Source: a bacterium
Lineage (GTDB): Bacteria > UBP14 > UBA6098 > JAFGQG01
Length of the DNA stretch: 51,963 bases
Reading direction: 5' to 3'
NCBI GenBank assembly: GCA_016930435.1
Contig: JAFGGQ010000165.1
Span: forward strand, 1-51,963
Positions 40,490-48,915 of the stretch are shown here, piece by piece. Positions within the stretch are counted from its first letter, which is position 1, and each line of letters begins with the position of its first letter. The notes beneath the pieces were generated by a model. That model was not told the DNA's origin. It was given only the letters and a program-made list of their open reading frames with translations, and searched no databases. The translations under genes were made by a program, and so were the position numbers.

Positions 40490-41431
40490 TCACAACCTTA
40501 ATTTATGCCGGTTCGAGGTAAACCACTGGTAAGTCATCCTGATCCCATCCCGGAGTGATATTTTGGGTTCCCATCCCAGTGCCCTCAGGCGGGAAATTTC
40601 CAACAGCTTGCGTGGCGTTCCGTCGGGCTGGACGGAATCGTACTCCAGATTTCCCTGAAAACCCACGATTTCCTTGATCATAAGGGCCAGATCATGAATG
40701 GTTATATCCTCACCGGTACCCACATTAATGAATTCTGTTTCATTATAATTCTGCATTAAAAATATCAGGGCTTCCGCAAGGTCCTCAATATACAAAAATT
40801 CCCGCCGGGGTTTACCGGTGCCCCAAATCACAACCTTTTCGGCTTTATTTATTTTTGCATCGTGGAATTTGCGTATAAGCGCGGGAAGGACATGTGAAGT
40901 ATTCAGGTTAAAATTATCGTTCGGGCCGTAAAGGTTGGTGGGCATTGCCGAGATAAAATTGCAGCCGTACTGACTTTTATAATACTCGCACATCTTTAAT
41001 CCGGCGATCTTGGCAATGGCATAAGGCTCATTTGTGGACTCCAGCTTCCCCGAGAGCAGATAATCCTCCTTTAACGGCTGAGGTGCTTCCCGTGGATATA
41101 TACAGGAACTGCCCAGAAAAAGCAACTTTGTTACTTTGTTTTGATAAGCGGAATGGATAAGATTATTGGCAATCATTGCATTTATGTAATAGAAATCAGC
41201 GGGATATGTCCGGTTAGCATGAATACCTCCCACCCTGGCAGCACAGATAAATACATATTCGGGCTTACATGACCGGATAAACCGCTCTGTCGCTTCCTGA
41301 CGAGTGAGATCCAGTTCCCCCTCCTCCCGTAGAATTAAGTTACGGTAACCCTTCTCCTTAAGACTTGTCAGGAGCGCGGAACCAACCAATCCATTATGGC
41401 CTGCAATATATATTTTCGAATTCTGATCCAT
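40490..41431 (-). CDS. fcl: GDP-L-fucose synthase (GDP-4-keto-6-deoxy-D-mannose 3,5-epimerase/4-reductase)
   Basis: 313 aa. KIYIAGHNGLVGSAL and a YxxxK motif are typical of Fcl/WcaG. Confidence 0.88.
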   Translation of the reverse strand: MDQNSKIYIAGHNGLVGSALLTSLKEKGYRNLILREEGELDLTRQEATERFIRSCKPEYVFICAARVGGIHANRTYPADFYYINAMIANNLIHSAYQNKVTKLLFLGSSCIYPREAPQPLKEDYLLSGKLESTNEPYAIAKIAGLKMCEYYKSQYGCNFISAMPTNLYGPNDNFNLNTSHVLPALIRKFHDAKINKAEKVVIWGTGKPRREFLYIEDLAEALIFLMQNYNETEFINVGTGEDITIHDLALMIKEIVGFQGNLEYDSVQPDGTPRKLLEISRLRALGWEPKISLRDGIRMTYQWFTSNRHKLRL

Positions 41432-41514
41432 AGTCCTAAATTTAGGGTTGTAAAATGTAATGTCAACTCAAAATGAACCCGCCACCAGGGTTGCTTTGCC
41501 CAACGCAATCATAA

Positions 41515-44500
41515 TTACCTCACCAATACTACTGTCCCATTACATAAGGTCTTGCCCCCGATCTCCAGGTGGTAGATATAAATACCCTCCGGAAGAAGGT
41601 TACCCTGAGCATCGGTGCCATCCCAAAAGCGGAGATTATAATCCTTGATACTGCTGATAGGTCCCACAACTTTCTCCCTGACCTTAATCCCCCGAAGGTC
41701 GTATATTTGCAGATTTCCCCTTTCGAAGAACATACCCGGGTAGTCGAAGATCACGTAATCATTGTAATTATCCCCATTGGGAGTGAATGGATTAGGGTGT
41801 ATTCCGCAGGAATAGATACCCTTGACTACAAATTCACAGTAAAACGTGCTCCGGTTTGCTCCGCAGTACAGCGCCCTGTCTCCTGAACAAATAACTATCC
41901 GGATAGTATCCTCCTGCAAGAAGGTCAGTCCGGCTTCATCCGCCGATAATTCCAACTCTCCCTGATAAAGATTTGTTGGCCGCCAGAACACTCCGGGATG
42001 ATCCAGTTCAAAGCTGTCCCCGTTTAGGATTATTAGGATCAGGCTGGAATCCAAACCGGAGAGGCTGTCATATAGGAAAAATTTAAATTCCTTTGGTGGT
42101 CCCTCCACTATGCCCTGGTGAACAGGAAAGGCCAGTTCGGCTTCCGGTGGTTGGAAATCCAGGTAAAAATGCCAGGATAACGGTTGCGCCAAGCCATTGC
42201 CAGCCAGGTCCCGGGCCTCTGCTAAGGTTACTTCTACCCGCCCTGACTCCCGGAAATAATCGGTACAGGGCGCGAAAACCAATAAACTGCCCTGAGTCAA
42301 GGTGAGCATACTGTCCGTCAGGTCATAGTAAGCGCCATCAACATTCAGTACTATGGAGGATATATCAAGCCGGTTTTCATCATAAATGACTATTCTAATC
42401 TCCTGGTCGTTACATGAAGTAATAGTTCCGGGTGTTGGAAAAACCATGACGCCCTCCGGCCCCAGGGTGTCGTTTGGCTGTACACTCATAGTATCGATAA
42501 AATAAAAACTCCAGCAATTTGGGGGACTCAGTACCAGCGGTTCGCAATAATCCGGGTGGTTTTCCATAGCTTCAATACAAACACTAATCGAATCGCAGTC
42601 CCGGTAATGGAGGCCGGTACCCGTTAGGCTGTCAAAGGGGGGGGTGTAAAAAACACCCAGTGCGGTTTCATCCACGAAGCGCGGATCGAATCCCAGGGTT
42701 ATACCGTCCCACGAGATGGCCGGACTGTAAAGATCAAAGCTCAATGCGCTATCCACCGCAAGGAAACCCTCCAGCGATATCAATACAGTACCCGGATCGA
42801 TCCCCAGGAGATTATCCTGCAAATCCACGGTGATGACGTTCTGGGAATAATAGACCGTGTCCCCTTCCGGTGGATAAAAATTCTCTGCATAAGGCGCTTC
42901 CAGATCAAAATAGAAGGTCCATTCAAATGGCGTGTCCTCAGCGGTATTCCCCAGGGTGTCCTCAAGGCTCCAGAGGGTCGCCCGGATGGTATCAGAGCTT
43001 TGCCAGAACCCGTTCCCCGGAGCAAAATAGACAGTGTCGCCGGGATATGAAAAAGCAGCTTCCTCGCCAGCTAACAAGGTATCCCCAAATTGCAGGTGTA
43101 CAGAACCGGGCTCAATCCCATGCTCGGAATACAGGATAAATCCAACCCTTTGATCAAAGCAATTACTGGTTGTATTTTCCAAAGGAAAAAGCAGTTCAAA
43201 AAGGGGAGCGTGTGCGGTGATAAAGAAATACCAACAGCTATCTAATTGATTAGGGGGACAATAATGGGGTCGATCCTGTACCCGCAAGCAGACTTCTATC
43301 CTGTCGCCCCGTTCCCAATACAAACCGGCCTCGGTAGTATTTATCCGAAGCTGCTCGCCGTTCCAGTAGATACCTGATTCCCCGATAAGATATAGAATAC
43401 TGTCCACCCAAATCACCAGGGAGTCCGGATTTAACCCGCTCATAGAGTCGGCTAAAACTACCGTAATTTCCGGTGAAATGGAGTCTGCGAAAGTACCGTT
43501 CGCCGGATCCTCCCCCCACATCACGGGGGGTGAGAGGTCGATATAGAACTCCCAATCCGGTGAGGCTTCCAGGCTATTACCAAGTCTGTCCGCAGCCTCA
43601 ACCAAAATGACCCTGATTGTGTCCCCATCGGCAAAGGGAGCAGCCGGAAAATATCGGAGCAAGGTATCCTCGAAGACCAGTACGCTATCCGTAACGGTGT
43701 AGAAAATATCATTTACCTGCAGTAATATGGAACCAGGATCGATACCATTAGGGTCGAAGAGGGCCATGATGATTTCCTGGTGGGCGCAGGCGGAATAGGA
43801 ATTCCCCAGTGGTTCTATGATACTGGCCAGCGGCCCTCCCGCAGAAATATAGAAGTCCCAGCAGGTGAAAAGCCCATTGCCCCCACAGTAATCAGGTTGA
43901 TCCAGAGCCGAAAGACAAACCTCCACGGTGTCTCCCCCTGAAAAACTCAAAGCTACCGATTCCGGATGGAATTGAGCATAGTTACGGTTGCAGGATATGG
44001 GATTTCCGGGATGGTCGATGCGGTATTCGATACGGTTGATCAGGAAGGTAATGGAAGTGGTGTCGATACCAGACAGATGATCCGTAAGGGAGCATGAAAC
44101 GGTGGGGGTCAATTCTGCAATAATACTGCCGGAGGAGGGGTCTTCACACCAACTTACCGGCGGCGAAAAGTCCATTATAAAGGTGAACAGCAGTGGCGCT
44201 TCCAGGTGATTACCCAGTATATCTTCAGCGCTGGACAAATTGACCATAATCGTATCACCATCGCTCCAGGTTCCGGCTTCAGGCCTGAAGACCAGGAGTG
44301 GTTCATAGTAGCTTAAAAATTCATCGGAGACAGAATACGGGGAACCTGCTACCTCGAGCAAAATAGTGGAGTCCTCCAGACCATTAGGATCGGTAAGCTG
44401 TATTTGGATGGTTTGGGTATCACATGCGGAGAAAGCCATGTTAAATGGTTCCAGGAGTTCCGCCTCCGGGCCGCCGCTTTGAACGAAGACCTGCCAGCAA

Positions 44501-47500
44501 GTATCAAGGTTATGTGGTTCGCAGAGGTCGGGGTCGTCGGCTGCATGGAGACACAAGCGCAGGGAATCGCCTCCCCTTAAGATAATACCGCTGCGGCAAA
44601 GGTCAAAACTGTAATTCATACCGTCCCAGAATACCGCAGGGGAACCGGTGCTGAAACTGAATGTGTCCGCATTGAGAATAATGCTCCATTCCGCCAGTCC
44701 GGAAAAAGAATCGGCAATTTGAAATTCGATAACAGGACATACGGTTGTAAGGGTATCCCCGGCACCGGGACTCAGCGCGCTCATAAATGGGGGGCTAAGG
44801 TCGATATAAAAACTCCATGAATAGGGCGCTGCCTCCAAAGGATTGCCCAGTACATCCTCGGCCTCCAGAAGCCGGATGTGAAGGGTTTCACCGTCCGTCC
44901 AGGTCAGGGACGGGCTGAAGAACAGGGTATCTCCAATAAAGGTTAGTTCGGCATCGGTGATATGGAATAATCCGGCGTTTACCTGGAGTTCGATAGTACG
45001 GCTCTCTACCCCCTCCGGGTCTTCCAGCACCAAATAAAATCCCTGGTCATTGCAAGCGCTGTAAATGCCCGTCGCCGGAAAATGGGAGGTTACTATCGGG
45101 CCGCCCCGGGCAATATAGAATTGCCAGCAAGTATCCAGCGCATTCGGGTCACACAGTTGGGGTTGGTCAAATGCCTGCACGCAGACAAGTATAGTATCCC
45201 CGCCGGAGAATTCCAGCCCGGCTAAATCGCAATCAAAATAGTAGCCGGAATCTGTACGGTTAAAAAAGGATTCGCCCAGATCATATTCACTATGATTAAT
45301 CGATAAAAGAGCGGACTCGGCCATTACACCGCTGATATCGTCGATTAACTCAAAACTGAGCAAGGGAGAGATCGAGGTGATAACCTCCCCGGTTCCGGGC
45401 CAGTTGTTTATCATTACCGGTGGCGACAGGTCTATGATCAGGTCCCAGCTATAATAATCATCGAGAGCATTGCCGAGAGAATCATACGCATATAAATAGT
45501 AAATAACAGTATCGGCATCGCGAAAGAATCCGGCAGCAGGCTGAAAGAGCAATGTACCGCTGTCCCAATGGAGGAAGGGGGAAAGTATGCTGAAGCTTCC
45601 GTAATCATCGATGTTCAAGATAATGGACTCGGAATCGATGCCGTGAGAAACCGGGTTATCAGCGATTGAAATGCGCAGTGCCTGGTTACTGCAAGCGCTG
45701 ATTGCCCCGACATCCGGGAAGAGCAGTTCTGCATAAGGGCCCAAAAGGTCAACATAGAATCGGTAGCAGTACTCCCCCAGATTCGGTTCGCAGAGGTCCG
45801 GCAGGTCATATATACCCAGGCAGATTGTCACGGTATCATTGTGTGATAAGGGCCTGCTTGCCGAAATATAATATGTGATTGTAAGCTCACTATAGTCCCG
45901 GGATAATGAAAGGGATTCGGCAGGCACCTCAACGCCGTTAATTAAGAAGTATTCAATGCTATCGCTGATCCCGGCAATAGAATCGGTCAGGGTCAGTGAG
46001 ATACGTGGAAGGCTATCGGCGATTACAGAGTTCTCCAGAGGGTTATTAACGATCACCGGTGGATCAAGGTCGATCAGCACTTCGATGTAGGGATGGTCCA
46101 TCAGCGGATTACCATAAAGATCGTTCGCGCTTAACAACATAGCCCGAACAGTATCCCCGCTGTTCCATGGGCTGGAGGGCGTAAAAATCAGGGAGTCGCC
46201 CCGCCACAAAAGCTCCGGATCAGATACCCGGAATATATCCCCGTTTACCTCCAGCCGTATTGTGGAATCCATAATGCCATCCGTATCATGGATAAAGAAC
46301 ACCAAATGCTGATAGGGACATCCGGAGACCAAACCGGGTTCCGGGAAGAGTGCTCGGGCCTCCGGGCCCTGAAGGGTAACATATATGCTCCAGCAGGTAT
46401 CTATACGATTCGGTGCGCATTCATCCGGAACATCCTCCCCGTGAATGCAGACTGATACGGATTCTCCATCGAAGAATTCACGGGCCAATATCTCAGTATT
46501 CAGCGTGAAGTGGGGTGCGGCCCAGGTTACACCCGGGCTGTAAATATAGAAATTTGTACTGTTAATGGTCAACACTGTTTGATAGGATCCCAATCCGCAG
46601 CCGCTATCGGCGATATTGAAGGAGAATTCCGGGAAGCTTGTGGTTACCAGACCTTCGGGTTCGCAGTTCCAGATCACGGGCGGATCGAAATCGATATAGA
46701 AGCTCCAGCTCAATCCGGCTGCGGAGGTGTTCCCGTAAATATCGGAGACCTCCAGCATGATTACTATCACGGTATCCAATGCTGCCCATAAAGCCGGTCC
46801 CGGGTCGAAGACCAGCGTATCGCCATGAAGGCTTAAAGAGCTCATACTGAGGTTGAAATTGACCCCGTTAACCTGGAGGTTGATACTGGTAGTATCCAGA
46901 GGTGATGGATCCTGTATGAGCAGGCGGATCTGTTCGTTCCGGCAAGCGCTGTAGATATAGGGTTCTGGCGCCAACCGCGTGATTACGGGGCCCCGGTAAT
47001 CAACATAGAATTGCCAGCATAGGGCTTCCCGTATATCGTTGGGGCCGCAATAAACCGCTGCTACATTGTCCGCGGCATGTAGCACACAAACCCTTGTAGT
47101 ATCCCCGTCAGGCAGCAGTATCCCGGCGCTGTCCGGGTGAAAATGCCAGTGTCCGTCGCTGTAAAATACCCCTGCATCAGAGGTGGTATATATGCCCTCA
47201 TTTATCTGAACTACTATGGTAGCAGGGTCCACCCCGGAAGGGTCGTCTGACAGATCGAAGCTGATACTCTGAGTGGAGTCCAGGATGAGAGAACCGCCAG
47301 GCGGATAGGTATTAAAAATATGGGGTGGAAGAAGGTCCATTACGAAACCGGAACTTATTCCATGTACCATTTCACAGCCATCGATATCATCGGCCTGAAG
47401 GAGAGTAAAGGTTACCGTATCCCCATGTCCGAATGGTGTAGCCGGTTGAAAGAAAAGCGTATCGGGGTCGAACCACATATTTGCGGGATAACGGTAATTG

Positions 47501-48732
47501 ATACCGTTCACTCTCAGCCGTATAGAGAGTGTATCGATCCATACATCAGAGGCCAGGACAATGCTTATGATCTGTCTGTCGCAGGCCACGAATACTCCTT
47601 CCGGAGTGGGTCTGATCAGGCGGGGGACCGGGCCGGAGCATTCGCATAAAGGCATTACCAGTTCGCCTTCGAACTGTGCGCCGCAATCCTTGTAGTTCAG
47701 GTAATCCAGGCAGCGTATCAAGAATGTATCTGCCCAGGTAGCCCCCGGTTCAGGCTGAGTGGGAAAGGCGGTATGATAATCGAAATCCTGACCGGAAAGG
47801 ATTATCCGGCCTTCTTCGTCGTCGCAATCCTTATCCAGAGCCAGTATTGAGGCATAAGAGGGGGCAAGGGGCATCACTGTAAGAACATTGTAAGCGGGGT
47901 GCCAACTGGTGAAATAGGTATGACAGGAGATATTCCAGTGAGATATCCGGTCATCATTAAGGTCATTTCCTCCGCCTATACCATCAGCGCCGGTAATAAT
48001 TATATGGCTGGCATCTAAAACCCGGTTGACGTCATAATCCAATCCGATATCGGTAACCGGCAGGGGTACCCAATCGAAGCGTCCGGTGCGCAATTGTCCG
48101 CTAACCAGGATACGGCCGCCATCCCGCCACCAGTCTTCTATATCAGCGGCCCGGGCCAGAAGGGCATTATGCGTTTCATTGGACATGTGCCAACCGACAA
48201 AAAGAATGCCATAATCGTTCAGATCGACGCCATAAAAAGCGGCAGGGGTTACTATGGTGTAATCATAATCAACGATATCAAGCGCTAAATGGGTATATCC
48301 GTCGGGGGAATCAAGAAGGAGTATCCGATTATTGATGATGCTGGAAACCCCTCCGACCTGAATGGTATATTCAATTGTTTCCCCGGCGCAAACCCGTTCA
48401 GAATAGATGCGCCAATTTGCCCCCCTTTGTACCCCCGGATACATATTGCCAATATACCTGGGATTATCCCCGCTATCCACATAGGCGCAGGCCGTATGGA
48501 GCTCAAGCAGAAAATAGACATCACGGAAAGTCCATGGGGAGATGTTTCTCACCGTTACCCCGAAATCGAAGGGATTAGGATAAAAATCGGGGCCCACGCA
48601 AAAAACGCTGTCATAAATCACGTTAATGCTGAAATCGGTGGGTGGCAGCGCCTGGGGTGAACCTTCCCGGGGCAGGGCAAATATCAGCAGCATCAAGATC
48701 AGTAAAAAAATGTCCCTATTAACTCTATTCAT
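41515..48732 (-). CDS. giant (~2405 aa) secreted surface protein: signal peptide, ~330-aa N-terminal domain, ~9 tandem Ig-like double-domain repeats, T9SS type-B C-terminal sorting domain
   Basis: The track start at 48750 is a TTG. ATG at 48732 gives the signal peptide MNRVNRDIFLLILMLLIFALP. The repeat units end in C-x(1-2)-PN-x(3)-(D/F)-(T/Y)-C-(W/Y)-x-(F/I)-(Y/F/V) linkers. The CTD matches the type-B pattern: HPNPFTPNGDNYND...IYDLRG...WDGTDAQGNLLPEGIYIY...GTVVLVR. Confidence 0.8.
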   Translation of the reverse strand: MNRVNRDIFLLILMLLIFALPREGSPQALPPTDFSINVIYDSVFCVGPDFYPNPFDFGVTVRNISPWTFRDVYFLLELHTACAYVDSGDNPRYIGNMYPGVQRGANWRIYSERVCAGETIEYTIQVGGVSSIINNRILLLDSPDGYTHLALDIVDYDYTIVTPAAFYGVDLNDYGILFVGWHMSNETHNALLARAADIEDWWRDGGRILVSGQLRTGRFDWVPLPVTDIGLDYDVNRVLDASHIIITGADGIGGGNDLNDDRISHWNISCHTYFTSWHPAYNVLTVMPLAPSYASILALDKDCDDEEGRIILSGQDFDYHTAFPTQPEPGATWADTFLIRCLDYLNYKDCGAQFEGELVMPLCECSGPVPRLIRPTPEGVFVACDRQIISIVLASDVWIDTLSIRLRVNGINYRYPANMWFDPDTLFFQPATPFGHGDTVTFTLLQADDIDGCEMVHGISSGFVMDLLPPHIFNTYPPGGSLILDSTQSISFDLSDDPSGVDPATIVVQINEGIYTTSDAGVFYSDGHWHFHPDSAGILLPDGDTTRVCVLHAADNVAAVYCGPNDIREALCWQFYVDYRGPVITRLAPEPYIYSACRNEQIRLLIQDPSPLDTTSINLQVNGVNFNLSMSSLSLHGDTLVFDPGPALWAALDTVIVIMLEVSDIYGNTSAAGLSWSFYIDFDPPVIWNCEPEGLVTTSFPEFSFNIADSGCGLGSYQTVLTINSTNFYIYSPGVTWAAPHFTLNTEILAREFFDGESVSVCIHGEDVPDECAPNRIDTCWSIYVTLQGPEARALFPEPGLVSGCPYQHLVFFIHDTDGIMDSTIRLEVNGDIFRVSDPELLWRGDSLIFTPSSPWNSGDTVRAMLLSANDLYGNPLMDHPYIEVLIDLDPPVIVNNPLENSVIADSLPRISLTLTDSIAGISDSIEYFLINGVEVPAESLSLSRDYSELTITYYISASRPLSHNDTVTICLGIYDLPDLCEPNLGEYCYRFYVDLLGPYAELLFPDVGAISACSNQALRISIADNPVSHGIDSESIILNIDDYGSFSILSPFLHWDSGTLLFQPAAGFFRDADTVIYYLYAYDSLGNALDDYYSWDLIIDLSPPVMINNWPGTGEVITSISPLLSFELIDDISGVMAESALLSINHSEYDLGESFFNRTDSGYYFDCDLAGLEFSGGDTILVCVQAFDQPQLCDPNALDTCWQFYIARGGPIVTSHFPATGIYSACNDQGFYLVLEDPEGVESRTIELQVNAGLFHITDAELTFIGDTLFFSPSLTWTDGETLHIRLLEAEDVLGNPLEAAPYSWSFYIDLSPPFMSALSPGAGDTLTTVCPVIEFQIADSFSGLAEWSIILNADTFSFSTGSPAVFWDGMNYSFDLCRSGIILRGGDSLRLCLHAADDPDLCEPHNLDTCWQVFVQSGGPEAELLEPFNMAFSACDTQTIQIQLTDPNGLEDSTILLEVAGSPYSVSDEFLSYYEPLLVFRPEAGTWSDGDTIMVNLSSAEDILGNHLEAPLLFTFIMDFSPPVSWCEDPSSGSIIAELTPTVSCSLTDHLSGIDTTSITFLINRIEYRIDHPGNPISCNRNYAQFHPESVALSFSGGDTVEVCLSALDQPDYCGGNGLFTCWDFYISAGGPLASIIEPLGNSYSACAHQEIIMALFDPNGIDPGSILLQVNDIFYTVTDSVLVFEDTLLRYFPAAPFADGDTIRVILVEAADRLGNSLEASPDWEFYIDLSPPVMWGEDPANGTFADSISPEITVVLADSMSGLNPDSLVIWVDSILYLIGESGIYWNGEQLRINTTEAGLYWERGDRIEVCLRVQDRPHYCPPNQLDSCWYFFITAHAPLFELLFPLENTTSNCFDQRVGFILYSEHGIEPGSVHLQFGDTLLAGEEAAFSYPGDTVYFAPGNGFWQSSDTIRATLWSLEDTLGNTAEDTPFEWTFYFDLEAPYAENFYPPEGDTVYYSQNVITVDLQDNLLGIDPGTVLISLEGFLAVDSALSFDLYSPAISWDGITLGFDPRFVDETALGVFYTPPFDSLTGTGLHYRDCDSISVCIEAMENHPDYCEPLVLSPPNCWSFYFIDTMSVQPNDTLGPEGVMVFPTPGTITSCNDQEIRIVIYDENRLDISSIVLNVDGAYYDLTDSMLTLTQGSLLVFAPCTDYFRESGRVEVTLAEARDLAGNGLAQPLSWHFYLDFQPPEAELAFPVHQGIVEGPPKEFKFFLYDSLSGLDSSLILIILNGDSFELDHPGVFWRPTNLYQGELELSADEAGLTFLQEDTIRIVICSGDRALYCGANRSTFYCEFVVKGIYSCGIHPNPFTPNGDNYNDYVIFDYPGMFFERGNLQIYDLRGIKVREKVVGPISSIKDYNLRFWDGTDAQGNLLPEGIYIYHLEIGGKTLCNGTVVLVR

Positions 48733-48767
48733 AATATCACCAAATATCAACTATTACCAATTCGAGA

Positions 48768-48795
48768 AATATACTAATTTTTATTGACTTGTCAA
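48768..48795 (-). promoter_or_regulatory. sigma-70-like promoter for the giant surface-protein gene; its -35 is half of the palindrome TTGACTTGTCAA
   Basis: Read on the minus strand: TTGACA (plus 48795-48790), a 16-nt spacer, then TATATT (plus 48773-48768). A GGTGA ribosome-binding site lies 7 nt before the ATG at 48732. Confidence 0.4.
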
Positions 48796-48915
48796 TTGAA
48801 ATCACTTTGATAAAATTAATCAGTTTTTTAGCGGTGCTTTTTAAAAAATTGAATAGACAAAGATTAAAAAAAGTCTAATATTGATTATTATTCCAATTTA
48901 ACGAGGAGGAAAGAT

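Noticed and set aside
48733-48750. ORF-track N-terminal extensions using TTG/GTG starts. Cases: the giant protein at 48750, parA at 17191, the OMP at 18291, the ASKHA protein at 29423, S8 at 32132, the porX-like gene at 34180, and rplS at 40250.
   Set aside because: In each case an in-frame ATG a few codons downstream has a better ribosome-binding site and yields a canonical N-terminus (signal peptide, ParA KGG start, L19 MSDK...). Coordinates were adjusted accordingly.
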